Shown: positions 38,447 through 49,026 of the stretch, piece by piece
How the letters are laid out: each line of letters opens with the position of its first letter
Numbering within the stretch: position 1 is the first letter of the stretch
DNA from: an uncultured Terracidiphilus sp.
Lineage (GTDB): Bacteria > Acidobacteriota > Terriglobia > Terriglobales > Acidobacteriaceae
Direction: 5' to 3'
DNA length: 64,000 nt
Assembly (NCBI GenBank): GCA_964407295.1
Contig: CAYOVE010000001.1
Coordinates: forward strand, 6,450-70,449
Position numbers and translations under genes: made by a program
The notes under the pieces: generated by a model
What the model saw: only the letters and a program-made list of their open reading frames with translations
Told to the model about the DNA's origin: nothing
Database searches by the model: none

Positions 38447-39700
38447 TCATAAGTTGGCGATCCCCAACATACTCTCATAAGCTTTGCGCGTCAGGTCAGC
38501 GACCCCGCGCCAAGAATGGTGAATGTCGGCATAGTCTTTGATTTTCTTACGATTAATCCCCAGATTCCTATAGAGATCGCTTGCAAAATATGTCTCGATC
38601 GCTTGGGCCAGGTCTTCGGGATCGCCCGGTCTGCAAAGGAATCCAGTTTCCCCTTCGACAACCTCCTCGCGAAACGAGCCAACGTCCGTCACAATCACAG
38701 GCAAGCCGAAGCTATAGCCCAGGAACAGCACGCCGCTTTGAAAGATGTCCTTATAAGGAAGGGCCAGTACATCCGCGGCCTTGAGATAGATTTCCGTATC
38801 TTCATCCGGAATGAATTGCGTCTCGATGATGATTCGCCCCTTCATCTCACTGGAGATGGACTGGACTAACGAGTTCATGTAATTCTCGTTGCCCTTTTGA
38901 ACTTCCCCGGCAATGATCAACCGGTATTGGCGATCTTTCGGCGCCAATCGCTGGAATGCAGTCAGAAGGTACTCGATACCCTTGTAGGGCTTGATCCGTC
39001 CGAAACAGAGAATTGTCTTGTCTGTATCTGCGAGGCCAAGGCAGCGCTTGGCTTCCGACGGTGTAAGCTCCGTATCCGGAAACGCATTGTTGATCGGATG
39101 ACGAATCACGGTGACCGATGGATCGGCGACCCCAAAGTCCTCCAGCAGCTCGTTCTTCATCTTTTGAGTGTGAACAAATATATGATCGGTAAGCCGGTAC
39201 TGAATTCTCAAAGTCAGTCGATTAAACCATGTGTCCCGTGAGTCCCTCTTCGCCTGGTTCACATTGTGCGCGGTAAGAGCCACTCTTTTGCCGAGCGCTT
39301 TGTAGTAAAGCATGAGCAGCGTCCGATCAAACCACTGAACCTTGCTGTTCCATAAAATGTGGAACACGCGGGGTCGGGCCGCCGCGGCATAACGGATGAG
39401 CGACCCATAGTGACTTAGAATTCGCAATAACTTCGCGAACAAAGTCTTCTTAGCTGATTTGACCGGCCAAAGGTTAAGGAACCTTAGATTTGACGTGGTA
39501 TGCATTTCGAGACTGTCCACCACGTCGCTCCCGATGACTTCAAGGCGAACATTCTTCGCCACCAGAGCCAATGCCAGACCAAACGCGTATGGCCTGTCGA
39601 CGCCGCCGGTCAATAACGCGGCATCGAGCGGAGCCAACGGCCTGCAGCATTCCGTTTTGGGCGGAACATCTTGAATGAGTTCAGATTCCTGAGTTTCCAT
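38447..39700 (-). CDS. Glycosyltransferase family 4
   Basis: TAHNV, FGRIKPYKG, PY...QSGV, TDVG. Confidence 0.88.
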   Translation of the reverse strand: METQESELIQDVPPKTECCRPLAPLDAALLTGGVDRPYAFGLALALVAKNVRLEVIGSDVVDSLEMHTTSNLRFLNLWPVKSAKKTLFAKLLRILSHYGSLIRYAAAARPRVFHILWNSKVQWFDRTLLMLYYKALGKRVALTAHNVNQAKRDSRDTWFNRLTLRIQYRLTDHIFVHTQKMKNELLEDFGVADPSVTVIRHPINNAFPDTELTPSEAKRCLGLADTDKTILCFGRIKPYKGIEYLLTAFQRLAPKDRQYRLIIAGEVQKGNENYMNSLVQSISSEMKGRIIIETQFIPDEDTEIYLKAADVLALPYKDIFQSGVLFLGYSFGLPVIVTDVGSFREEVVEGETGFLCRPGDPEDLAQAIETYFASDLYRNLGINRKKIKDYADIHHSWRGVADLTRKAYESMLGIANL

Positions 39701-39718
39701 TTGCCTTCATCTAACGCT

Positions 39719-40717
39719 CTACTCAGCGACACCGAGACTCGTTCCGCGGTGCTCGGTGCGATCCGAACTGAACAGCCGCACCCATTTGCGCTTCATCTTC
39801 CGCACTTTCCGAGCCAGGAGTTTAGCCACTATCAAGCCGACTCCCTCGCCCATCGCGTTCAATCGCCCAACATCGCGCATCGCCCGCTTCATTCGCATAT
39901 CGTGGATCTTGCATTCAGCCGAAGCGTAGAACACCTCCCGCAGCAACTCGCGGACGGTTGATTCATACCGCGTACCTTTCACCTCCGGCATCGAAAGCCA
40001 TTTAACAAATATTCTGTCCGAGCAGTCAAAGACCGTGTCGTCCCGTGTGCTGTACATTTTGCACAAACCGAGGGAGCGAGATGGAGTCCGGTCGATCTCA
40101 GTCAGCGGTTCGCCCACAAAGCTGAACGCTGTCTTGAAACAGAGGCGGAACATTAGATCTGTGTCTTCGCGAATGGCAAGACTCTGATCGAATCCGCCAA
40201 CCTCGTCCAACAGTTTTCGCCGGATCAGGAAGCTCGATGTGAAGAATGGCTCCCTGCCCTCCAGAATGAGCCCTGTCGGGTCATCGAGCATGCCGATCGC
40301 CGGTGCATTCTCAAAGCCCACTTCTTCAAACCGCGAGAAGGTCATCTCCGGGTGCCCGCCGTAAACATTGTTGGTAAAACACACACCCGACCCGCCTCCA
40401 TATGACCCGATCGCCGCAAACTGTTTCTCAATCTTCTCCGGATGCCACCAGTCGTCGCTGTCGAGAAATCCTATCCATTCTCCGCGCGCTTCCCTGATGC
40501 CGTGGTTCCGCGCCGCCGAAACGCCGGCATTTGATTGCCTGATGACGCGCACTTGCGATCCGTAATGCTGTTCGACGGCCTCTGCCGTGCCGTCCGTCGA
40601 GCCATCGTCCACGACGATAACTTCAGACACGGGATATGTCTGGGCGAGCACACTGTCAATCGCCCGCGACACCTGCGCGATGCGATTGTACGTCGGAATA
40701 AGAGCCGTAACTTTCAA
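39719..40717 (-). CDS. Glycosyltransferase family 2
   Basis: IPTYN, VDDGSTD, GVSAARN, FLDSDD, ED; TTG start at 40717 with a purine-rich RBS. Confidence 0.9.
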   Translation of the reverse strand: MKVTALIPTYNRIAQVSRAIDSVLAQTYPVSEVIVVDDGSTDGTAEAVEQHYGSQVRVIRQSNAGVSAARNHGIREARGEWIGFLDSDDWWHPEKIEKQFAAIGSYGGGSGVCFTNNVYGGHPEMTFSRFEEVGFENAPAIGMLDDPTGLILEGREPFFTSSFLIRRKLLDEVGGFDQSLAIREDTDLMFRLCFKTAFSFVGEPLTEIDRTPSRSLGLCKMYSTRDDTVFDCSDRIFVKWLSMPEVKGTRYESTVRELLREVFYASAECKIHDMRMKRAMRDVGRLNAMGEGVGLIVAKLLARKVRKMKRKWVRLFSSDRTEHRGTSLGVAE

Positions 40718-40727
40718 CCCTTCCCCC

Positions 40728-42296
40728 TCATGGCCGAGCCACGCCGTTGGCGGCGGCCAACTCTCCTTGCTCTTTCTGCCGTTCTGAGCGCAAGGCCGCG
40801 ATGAACCACTGGCGCTCGCCATGGCTGAAAACGGCAAACCATGACCCGGCAGCGTAGGCCACTGTCGCAAAAACGGCTGAAGAAATCAACCAGAAATAGT
40901 TCGGCCTCAGCCCCCACCACGATACTGCGACGGCCAAAGCAGCAAGGCAGGCGCAGCGCGCAAACGCGCTGCCCGCGAACCTCATATACGCGCCGTAGTT
41001 GAGTCCGCTTACCTTGCACACCCACCAGGGTTGCAGCACCACCCGGATTGTAAACGCGCCGATGAATGTGCCCATCGCTACGCCCAGGATTCCATAGGGC
41101 CGCGCCAGTGCCAGGCTGAAGCCCAGATTCACCAAAGCTTCGGCGCCGTTGATCCATGCATAAAACTTCTGGTTGAAGGTCGCAAAGAGCAGGTCGGCCG
41201 ACGAGCGCTGGCTCACGTCCACCAGCACCGCCAGCGCCAACACTACCAGCGGCTTGTAGCCATCCAAATATGCCGGACCAATCCAGCGAGTGATAAATGG
41301 CCGTCCCCAAGCGATCAACCCGCAGCAAATAAAGACTGACAAGCAACAGGAAATCTTGGTCCCAAAGAAGAAAAGCTCATCCAGGCGCGAGCGATTTCCT
41401 GCCCCGTGCAGCCGGCTGAACACGGGTAACATCATTCCTACTGAGGCAAACACGATCTGCAGGTAATACTGCGCCAGGATACCCGCAACTTTATAGTGAG
41501 TCACCGCCGCAAGGCCGATCATGGAGGCGATGATCAGCGGGTCCAGCTGGAACCTCACTACGTCCGCGATATAGGCCAGGAAGCTGTACACGCTGTAGGA
41601 AAAGAAGCTTTTGATTCGCTCCACCATCACAAAACTGCTGTCCAGGCGCACCCAATCAGCTTCGCGCATGGCAAACCAAATCTGCAGCGCCGTGAGCGGG
41701 ATCGTGGCGAGCAGCGTCGTCCACGCCAGCGCCAGCAGGCCTCCGCCGGCCAGAATCGCCACGACCACAAGTCCCGTTCGCAGCACCAGCCCGAGGTTCG
41801 CAAGCCAGGACTGGATGTCGAATCGCAGTTCGGCGTCCAGCGCAGCCCAGAACACCCGGGCCGGAAATCCTATGGCGGCGTTGATTCCCAAAAGCGCAAT
41901 AACGCCGCGGAAAACCGGTATGTCTCTCGCGCTATGGCAGAATAACGGCGTGATTGCGACCAGCCCAAGAGTCGCCAGAAGCGCACCGCCACCGATCAGC
42001 AGTTGCAGGCGGAGCGCGGTATTGAAAACCACTCGGCACTCGGTGTGGTTCTTCTGCCCGATCGCAATGCACATGTATTGCGATATGGCGCTCGAAAGCC
42101 CCAGATCGAGCAGATTGTAGTACCCGACAAAGGCCGTCGCCAGCGACCAGAATCCATAGACGCGATCACCCAGGTGATGCACGATGAACGGCATCAAAAG
42201 GAAGGACGCTACAGCCGAAGCCGCCAGGTTCACCACCCGAAGCATCGATCCTGAAAGAAGCCTGCGCCCGACGGATATGGTCTTTGAGCCGATCAT
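40728..42296 (-). CDS. wzx: Oligosaccharide flippase (Wzx/MOP superfamily)
   Basis: Many TM helices; LG..YG, DLGL, D..II...G...V..Y, YGILG motifs. Confidence 0.85.
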   Translation of the reverse strand: MIGSKTISVGRRLLSGSMLRVVNLAASAVASFLLMPFIVHHLGDRVYGFWSLATAFVGYYNLLDLGLSSAISQYMCIAIGQKNHTECRVVFNTALRLQLLIGGGALLATLGLVAITPLFCHSARDIPVFRGVIALLGINAAIGFPARVFWAALDAELRFDIQSWLANLGLVLRTGLVVVAILAGGGLLALAWTTLLATIPLTALQIWFAMREADWVRLDSSFVMVERIKSFFSYSVYSFLAYIADVVRFQLDPLIIASMIGLAAVTHYKVAGILAQYYLQIVFASVGMMLPVFSRLHGAGNRSRLDELFFFGTKISCCLSVFICCGLIAWGRPFITRWIGPAYLDGYKPLVVLALAVLVDVSQRSSADLLFATFNQKFYAWINGAEALVNLGFSLALARPYGILGVAMGTFIGAFTIRVVLQPWWVCKVSGLNYGAYMRFAGSAFARCACLAALAVAVSWWGLRPNYFWLISSAVFATVAYAAGSWFAVFSHGERQWFIAALRSERQKEQGELAAANGVARP

Positions 42297-42442
42297 GGGG
42301 AATGGAGAAGTTGGAAGGGATGAAGTGAAAGACTCTTCAGTGTGGTTCCGGCGGAGTCAGTGCGTGCGGGTTCATCGGAGGAAAGTTGAATCTCCGCGAC
42401 ATCGCCCATCTGAGATTGTTGTGTCCGGCGGAATCACGACAG

Positions 42443-44926
42443 CTACAGGACGATCGAGTATGAACCGCTTACGCCATTCGCAGGTGACGGCTGTACGGCG
42501 GTTCCCGAGCTATCCGGCGCGTAACAACTCGCAGCATTGAACGTCAGCATGCTGCCGGTCCCGTCTGGTGGCCCACTCATCTGATTTAGATAGCAGCGCA
42601 TGGCTGGGTTCGAATTTCCATAGCCGCCATTGGTCTCTGGCCCTGCCTGGAACGATCCACCTGCGCACTGGGCGCTCGAAAGGGCCCGCGACCATTTGTA
42701 AGTTCCGCTGGTGCACATGCCGATGTCGCCATTGGAAACGTCGGGGCCGACGCTGGGGTAAGGAGGGCAGGTTCCGGTGGCCGGGTTCTTCCAGAAGTTC
42801 AGGCCCGTGCCGCAACTGGAGTGGGCCGTGGTGAAGCCGTCGTACAAGCTGGCGGGGAAGGCGTTGCTCAATGGCGTGATGTTTGGAAAATTCGGATCGC
42901 CCGTCGGAACTTCAGACGAATTCCATTGCACAGAGTTGTTCACGGTGTCATAGTTTCCCCACCGCAATGTGGACGTGATGGTCAGCAGGTCGTTCGGAAG
43001 CGATGGGCTGTTGTTGAAGTCGAGCTGCCCGTCCTCTCCGGAACTCCCTATGTTATAAATCTGGTTCATGCTGGGCCCGGAATTGTTGCAATATCGCTGC
43101 GAACTGCTCGAGGGGTTACATTGATACACCGAGTGGTAACCAGCCGTGCCAAGGACATTCCCCAGGATATTGTTGTAGCGTGAAAAAGCCGCGATCGTGA
43201 TTGGAATCGTATTTTGCGAGGGCATTGTGCCGTCATTGGACTCGTAGCCGTTGTAATAGTTGCGGAACAGGGTATTGAAGAAATGCGGACCATGGATCGC
43301 GTCCAGCAGTGCCAAAGAGCCGATATTGCCTTCGTTCAATACATAGTCAGTGGAGGCGGCATGAAAACCGGTGACGGGGAAGAGTGCGGCAGCGCCATTC
43401 TGATAGTCCGGATTCACGGAAAAATTGTAGGCAAACACACATCCCGAGCAGGTTCCAGCCGCGTTGGTCGGATCGGCCACGCCCTGAAAAATATTGTTCT
43501 CAAAAAGCGCATACTCGACAAACCCTGCGGACCCGATGCCATAACTTTTGTCGAAGTCTGTATAGGTCTGGTAGAAGTAGCTGTTCAGCACGGCGAATCC
43601 ATAGGAATAAGAGGTGTAGACGTGGAAGTAATTGGCCGCGTCGCAGGCGATCCCGCTCACCCAAGTCTTGTAGGAGGAGCTGAGCGTCACGCAGGATGCC
43701 CCTCCGCTCACCGCAGTTGGATCGAGCAGCACATTCTCAACCCCGGCGTTGGTGGTTGTGGAAGTGCCCCACCATGCTTGCGGACTCTGTCCTGAAGACC
43801 AGTTACCGTGCATCAATGGCGCTGAAAGGGTGACTGTGTACGGTCCTGAGCCTGAGATTGCGGTGGCAATCACAACCTCCGATTGCGACCGTGCGTTGCG
43901 CGAAGTGTTGGCGCCCGATTCGTTTTCGCAGATCATGGCGATCGCGCATGCAAAGATGCCGCCGTTGTCGTACCCGGTCACACCTGTGATCTGCACTTCA
44001 AAGCCTGAACCGCTGCCGGTCGTCTCCGTTGTCGTCGTCGGAGCGCCGAATGTCCCATTCATATTCGTGTAAGTGTAGCCGCTGCCTTCGTTGGTAATGG
44101 TGAACCCTGTTACTGCCCCGCCGGAGACCGAAGTTACCTGATAAGTCGCACCCGAACCAAAGTAAGTTCCAAAACTCAACACCCCGTTAATCACGCCCGT
44201 ATCGCCTACGTTGTAGCCGCTCCCTCCGCCTCCCGAGTAAACCGATGCCGCGCTGATTGCGCCGCCGGTTGCTTTACAGCCAGGACCGCCAGAGATTCCC
44301 GTAAATCCCGTATCACACTCGTCGAGCACAATGGGCGTCAGATTCACTACGATTCCACTCACATTATCGAGCGTGATCGTGGGCGAACCCTGCGAATACC
44401 CGGAGGTCCAATTGGCTGAATTCTGCCAGCCCGCAACCAGGTCGTTCGCCGGGCATGGCCAGTAAGTACCGATGCTGCAATATCCTCCGTAGGTGTTCGA
44501 GCCGACGATGCACACGATTGCGTTATAACCGTTGCAGCCGGGGCTTGTGGCGGAGTTAACATGAATGCGCGTCTGGTTGGCGCCCGAGCCGCGCAACACA
44601 CAATTGCTCGGCACGCTCACCCCTCCAGTCAAGTAGAAATCGCCGGCGCCCAGCAGGACAAAATGATCTGCCCCGCAGGAGTTGAGCGCCGCCTGGATGG
44701 TCGACGGCGCGGCGTAGGAAGCGCTTGATCCGTAAGCTGCGATGGTCGAGCCGCTCTGCGTCCAGGCAGCATCGGGCGGCACGTCGCCGGGCAGCCCAGC
44801 CTGCGTCCACGACACAGCCCGCGTGGGTGATAGGATGCCGGTCCAGGGATATTGCGCGCTGCAAACGGCCGGAAGCAGAAGCGTTGCCCAAACAAGAGTG
44901 GACAAAAAATGACGATAGGTCTTCAT
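42443..44926 (-). CDS. Secreted parallel beta-helix (pectate lyase/GH55-like) protein
   Basis: Signal peptide ending VCSA-Q; W..AG, IQAALNSC, CVLRGSG, GVEN, LFENN and LNEGN beta-helix turns; Asn/Gly/Cys-rich. Confidence 0.75.
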   Translation of the reverse strand: MKTYRHFLSTLVWATLLLPAVCSAQYPWTGILSPTRAVSWTQAGLPGDVPPDAAWTQSGSTIAAYGSSASYAAPSTIQAALNSCGADHFVLLGAGDFYLTGGVSVPSNCVLRGSGANQTRIHVNSATSPGCNGYNAIVCIVGSNTYGGYCSIGTYWPCPANDLVAGWQNSANWTSGYSQGSPTITLDNVSGIVVNLTPIVLDECDTGFTGISGGPGCKATGGAISAASVYSGGGGSGYNVGDTGVINGVLSFGTYFGSGATYQVTSVSGGAVTGFTITNEGSGYTYTNMNGTFGAPTTTTETTGSGSGFEVQITGVTGYDNGGIFACAIAMICENESGANTSRNARSQSEVVIATAISGSGPYTVTLSAPLMHGNWSSGQSPQAWWGTSTTTNAGVENVLLDPTAVSGGASCVTLSSSYKTWVSGIACDAANYFHVYTSYSYGFAVLNSYFYQTYTDFDKSYGIGSAGFVEYALFENNIFQGVADPTNAAGTCSGCVFAYNFSVNPDYQNGAAALFPVTGFHAASTDYVLNEGNIGSLALLDAIHGPHFFNTLFRNYYNGYESNDGTMPSQNTIPITIAAFSRYNNILGNVLGTAGYHSVYQCNPSSSSQRYCNNSGPSMNQIYNIGSSGEDGQLDFNNSPSLPNDLLTITSTLRWGNYDTVNNSVQWNSSEVPTGDPNFPNITPLSNAFPASLYDGFTTAHSSCGTGLNFWKNPATGTCPPYPSVGPDVSNGDIGMCTSGTYKWSRALSSAQCAGGSFQAGPETNGGYGNSNPAMRCYLNQMSGPPDGTGSMLTFNAASCYAPDSSGTAVQPSPANGVSGSYSIVL

Positions 44927-45277
44927 CAAGCAATTCCTCGGGTTAGTTCTGCGATCGAAGGATTGTTAGGCGATTCTAGCAAGACACAACCCGTCCGTAA
45001 CAACATTCTTCACCATAAGTAACGTCAAGCGTGTGACTAAAGTTACCTAAACCGGCGCGGTCGCGGAGCGTAATCCGGTGTCAACGCAAAACACCCGGGA
45101 CACAAATGCGCAGCACTGGGTACTTTTCCTGCATTTGAGCAATCGACATTCCAAACGCCAGCCGCTCTATTCTAAAGAGTTAATAATTGCAGGACCCGGC
45201 GGGATGAGTGTAAATTGTGCTCGATGAGCGAAAGCGGTTACCCAAAAATACATGGTCCCGGCCGGGGCCGCAGCCGT

Positions 45278-46504
45278 TCATGAACTCGCGACATCGGTCT
45301 CGAGCGCCCGCCTGCCGCGCATTTTGCTGAAAGCTCTTTCGTAGGCCGCTAAGAGGTTGGGCACGGAGTGCTCCCAAGCCAGCTGCTCCTCGACCCGCTT
45401 GCGCCCGAAATCGCCCTTGCTCCGCCGCTCCTCAGGGTGGTCGAGCAGCCAGAGAATGTTGCGCGCGAAGTCGGCTACGCGATCCTCATTATCGCTATAT
45501 AAGGATGCATCTTCCGCGCTGATCCTTCCTTCGCGAAGATCGAATTGGACGATCGGCTTCCCGAGGGCCATGTATTCCATGATCTTGATCATCGTGGACA
45601 TGTCGTTCATCTGGCATGGCTTGTCCGGATTGACGCACACATCCGCTGTCGACAGAATTTCCAGTAGCTCTGCGTCGGGAATCCTCCCGGTGAAATTCAT
45701 CATCTCGCCGAGATCTTTTTCCCTGACCATCTGCCGCAGTCCCGCGAGCGCCGGCCCTCCGCCCACGCAGGTAAAGTGCACGTCCCGGCGTCCCAGGCTC
45801 CTGATGTGTTCGGCAACGTTGACCAGAATATCCAGGCCCTCTTGCTCGCCCATAGCGCCAACATACCCGACAAGATAGCGCTTGCCGTACTTGAGAGCAG
45901 GATTCTGAGGCACCAGCTGAAAGGTCTTCAGGTCGGGCCCGTTACGAACGACAAATACATCCTCCGGCGACTTATGACCGCGCGTCAGCGCAATCTCCTT
46001 GTAACTGTCGTTGGTCGACATCACCACGTCGCAGGAACGGAAGGTCATCTTTTCGAGCCACACCAGCACTCGATAGAGCAGGCCTGCCTTCTCGTATTTC
46101 GCCAGGTATAACTCCGGATTCACGTCGTGATGATCGAAGATGAATTTCACACCCAGCAGCTTGAACGGCCAGGCGACAAGAAAAATGTCATCGGGCGGGT
46201 TACAGCCCTGGATGACGTCGAACCCATGACGCACGTAAATCCGCAATGTGTACAGGAACTCCCAGAACAGGGCCCATCCGTATTCCCAGATGTATCCGAT
46301 TGCGCCGCTGCCCCCCGCGGGAGACGCGTGCCTGTAAATATGAATGCCCTCGCGGAATTCGTAGCCGCGTTCATATCCTTTATCTTTGGGGCACAATACC
46401 ACGACATCGTAGTTCGATTCGCGCAGCGCAAGAGCTTCTTTCCACACACGCGGATCGAAGGGAACCGGAGCATTCTCGACAATAATGAGAACTTTCCTTT
46501 TCAC
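45278..46504 (-). CDS. Glycosyltransferase family 4 (WbuB-like)
   Basis: PFDPRV..EA, CNPPD, DHHD..PE, VRNGP, KIMEYMA.GKP. Confidence 0.9.
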   Translation of the reverse strand: MKRKVLIIVENAPVPFDPRVWKEALALRESNYDVVVLCPKDKGYERGYEFREGIHIYRHASPAGGSGAIGYIWEYGWALFWEFLYTLRIYVRHGFDVIQGCNPPDDIFLVAWPFKLLGVKFIFDHHDVNPELYLAKYEKAGLLYRVLVWLEKMTFRSCDVVMSTNDSYKEIALTRGHKSPEDVFVVRNGPDLKTFQLVPQNPALKYGKRYLVGYVGAMGEQEGLDILVNVAEHIRSLGRRDVHFTCVGGGPALAGLRQMVREKDLGEMMNFTGRIPDAELLEILSTADVCVNPDKPCQMNDMSTMIKIMEYMALGKPIVQFDLREGRISAEDASLYSDNEDRVADFARNILWLLDHPEERRSKGDFGRKRVEEQLAWEHSVPNLLAAYERAFSKMRGRRALETDVASS

Positions 46505-46511
46505 AGATACC

Positions 46512-47741
46512 TCAGTGGTTACTCAACCGCTTGTAAAGTCCTGCCATTGCACAGAACATCGTCGCTTGTCCCCAATGCAGTGTGGGAGTCTTATTCACCA
46601 CCCATCCTGAATACCGTCGATAGTAGAAATAGCCTGTCTTATCCTGCATATTCTTGATCGTCCACCGGGCTACGAGAAGCGCCAGGTCGAGGGCCTCGGG
46701 GTCGGCATCTGAAAAAAGCACCAGCGTGTCGATGGCCTGAGAAGAGCATTGGATATCGATGGGCAGTGTCTTTCGGTCGTAATACCGGGGCGTGCCATCC
46801 TGAAGAAAGAATGTCTTCTTCCAGTATTGATATCCCGCGTTCAGTTTTTCTTCAAACTGATCGTCGTTCGTTGCCTGCTGGTAATACTTGAAACAGTCCA
46901 GCACATACGCCGTGTGGAAGTTGTCAACCCAATGCAAGTTGGACGGCTCACCGTAGTACCAGGAACCATCCTCTCTCTGATGGTTGGCGGTATAGCGCAT
47001 CGCTTTTTCCGCCAACTCCTTGTAGAGCTCGTTCCCCGTGCGCGCATACGTACGCGCAAGAAAGCTGGCGCCGAGAGTGTTCGAATTGTGCACCGGATTC
47101 ATGGCCCCGGGAATATAGCTGAGGCAAAGGGCGTCGTCACCCTCGGCTGCTCGATCGAGGTCGCGCACGATGTGCTCGCATGCGCTCGTCGCAACCTCCA
47201 GGTAGCTCGGATCACGGAAATGATCGTAGGCGTCGATGAAGGCGTGCCCGATCAGCGACGTCCAGACGATGGTCGGTACACCTTTCGCCAGATAAAAACT
47301 TCGCGATTGGTAGTCGAAGTGATTGCCCCAGCAGGCGCCGGAGTAGCCTTTTGATTCGTTCTCAACCAGCCACTCAAAAGCGTCCCTGGCCTTCGCTCCC
47401 CATGCTTCATCGCCCGTCGCATCCTCAAGACGCATGAAGCCCCTGCCCAGAAACGCCATGCCTTTCGTCGAGCGTTTGCGCGGTATGGCCAACACGGGCC
47501 GGAGATTCAGAGGGAAGCGGCGCACGCCTTGCTGCAAGACCGTGCGAAGCAGTTTGGTCTCGAAGGTCAGCGGGCGGAGATACTTTGCGTTCAGTCCGTC
47601 AAAGGTATCGTAGCCGCGATAGTCGTTCTTTTCCAACCAATGCGCGAGCCGGTCAATCGATACGCGAATCTCTTCCCTTGAAGCCTGACTCGCTCCCCGC
47701 GCAATCGTGTTTTCACCAACAGATGCCGTCGTACTTGCCAT
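46512..47741 (-). CDS. Hypothetical (alpha/alpha)-toroid, six-hairpin glycosidase-like protein
   Basis: Repeated helix-QxxDGSW-like units (WGNHFDYQ, VHN, QREDGSWYY, DNFHT, MQDKTGYFY); no signal peptide; GGAG RBS before ATG 47741. Confidence 0.65.
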   Translation of the reverse strand: MASTTASVGENTIARGASQASREEIRVSIDRLAHWLEKNDYRGYDTFDGLNAKYLRPLTFETKLLRTVLQQGVRRFPLNLRPVLAIPRKRSTKGMAFLGRGFMRLEDATGDEAWGAKARDAFEWLVENESKGYSGACWGNHFDYQSRSFYLAKGVPTIVWTSLIGHAFIDAYDHFRDPSYLEVATSACEHIVRDLDRAAEGDDALCLSYIPGAMNPVHNSNTLGASFLARTYARTGNELYKELAEKAMRYTANHQREDGSWYYGEPSNLHWVDNFHTAYVLDCFKYYQQATNDDQFEEKLNAGYQYWKKTFFLQDGTPRYYDRKTLPIDIQCSSQAIDTLVLFSDADPEALDLALLVARWTIKNMQDKTGYFYYRRYSGWVVNKTPTLHWGQATMFCAMAGLYKRLSNH

Positions 47742-49026
47742 TCTCACTCCTGGAATCTCGAATCCTAACCAAGTCCACAACGCGCTGGCCCTCGCGCAGG
47801 CGCTCCAAAACGCTCTGAAACTCCCGATCCTTGTTGCCGATCACCACCGTTTCGGCATGCTCCAATACCGCGTCAATGCCGTCGACCATCAGCCTGGATA
47901 TGTGCGGAATCCGATTGAGAATGAAATCCTTGTTTGCGCCCACAAGTCTTGCCAAATTGACATTTCTATCAAAGATGCGCAGGTCATAGCCCTTCCCGAT
48001 CAATCGCTCAATCACTTCGATCATCGGGCTCTCGCGGAGATCGTCGGTCCCAGCCTTAAAGCTGAATCCCAGAATGCCTACGCGCTTCTGCCCGGACTCC
48101 ATAATCATCTGCAACCCGCGCGCAATTTGTAATTCGTTACTGGGCAGAATAGAAGCCAGAATCGGCAGTTGCAGGTCGCGGCTCTTTGCCTGATACGATA
48201 ATGCGCGAAGATCCTTCGGCAGGCAGGACCCCCCAAACGCGAAGCCCGGTAGCAGATACGCGGTCGAAATGTTGAGCTTCTGGTCTTTACAGAAAATCTC
48301 CATGACGTCGTGCGCATCGATATCCAGGGATTTGCAAAGATTTCCGATTTCATTGGCAAAGCCGATTTTGAGCGCATGCCAGCTGTTATCGACGTACTTA
48401 ACCATCTCAGCAGTCTTTATGTCGGTGCGAACCAGGGGCGCTTTCAATTTCGCGTAGACCTGGGCCAGTAAATCACCGCTCTCCGGATCCAGTTCGCCGA
48501 TGACCGTCTTGGGAGGGGCATCGTAGTCTTTCACCGCGGTCCCCTCGCGCAGGAATTCAGGGTTATTGCAGAGGCCGAAGTCGACACCGGCCTTCTTCCC
48601 TGAATGTTCCTCGAGAACCGGTATCACCATCTTGTGCATTGTGCCTGGCAGAATCGTGCTGCGGATGACCACCGTGTGCCGGGTCGGCTTATTCCTGAGG
48701 GCGTCGCCGATCAATTCGCAAACGCGCCTCATGTAGGTCAAGTCCAGATTCCCGTTGATCTGGCTTGGCGTGCCGACGCAAACAAATGAAAGTTCCGATT
48801 CGCGAATCGCCTGGTCCTGATCGCTGGTCGCGCGAAGATTCCCTGACTTGACGGTTGCGCGGATAATCCTGTCAATCTCGGCCTCGATAATGGGCGATTG
48901 GCCGGCGTTGATCAAGTCAACCTTGGCGCTCACAGGATCCACGCCAATCACCTCGTGGCCGTCGCGCGCGAGGCATCCAGCGGATACGGTCCCCACATAT
49001 CCCATACCGAAGATGCTGATTCTCAC
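47713..49026 (-). CDS. Nucleotide-sugar 6-dehydrogenase (AlgD-like GDP-mannose/UDP-glucose dehydrogenase)
   Basis: MRISIFGMGYVG, CVGTPS, NPEFLREG, GFAFGGSCLPKD, FKAGTDDLRESP. Confidence 0.93.
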   Translation of the reverse strand: MRISIFGMGYVGTVSAGCLARDGHEVIGVDPVSAKVDLINAGQSPIIEAEIDRIIRATVKSGNLRATSDQDQAIRESELSFVCVGTPSQINGNLDLTYMRRVCELIGDALRNKPTRHTVVIRSTILPGTMHKMVIPVLEEHSGKKAGVDFGLCNNPEFLREGTAVKDYDAPPKTVIGELDPESGDLLAQVYAKLKAPLVRTDIKTAEMVKYVDNSWHALKIGFANEIGNLCKSLDIDAHDVMEIFCKDQKLNISTAYLLPGFAFGGSCLPKDLRALSYQAKSRDLQLPILASILPSNELQIARGLQMIMESGQKRVGILGFSFKAGTDDLRESPMIEVIERLIGKGYDLRIFDRNVNLARLVGANKDFILNRIPHISRLMVDGIDAVLEHAETVVIGNKDREFQSVLERLREGQRVVDLVRIRDSRSENGKYDGICW

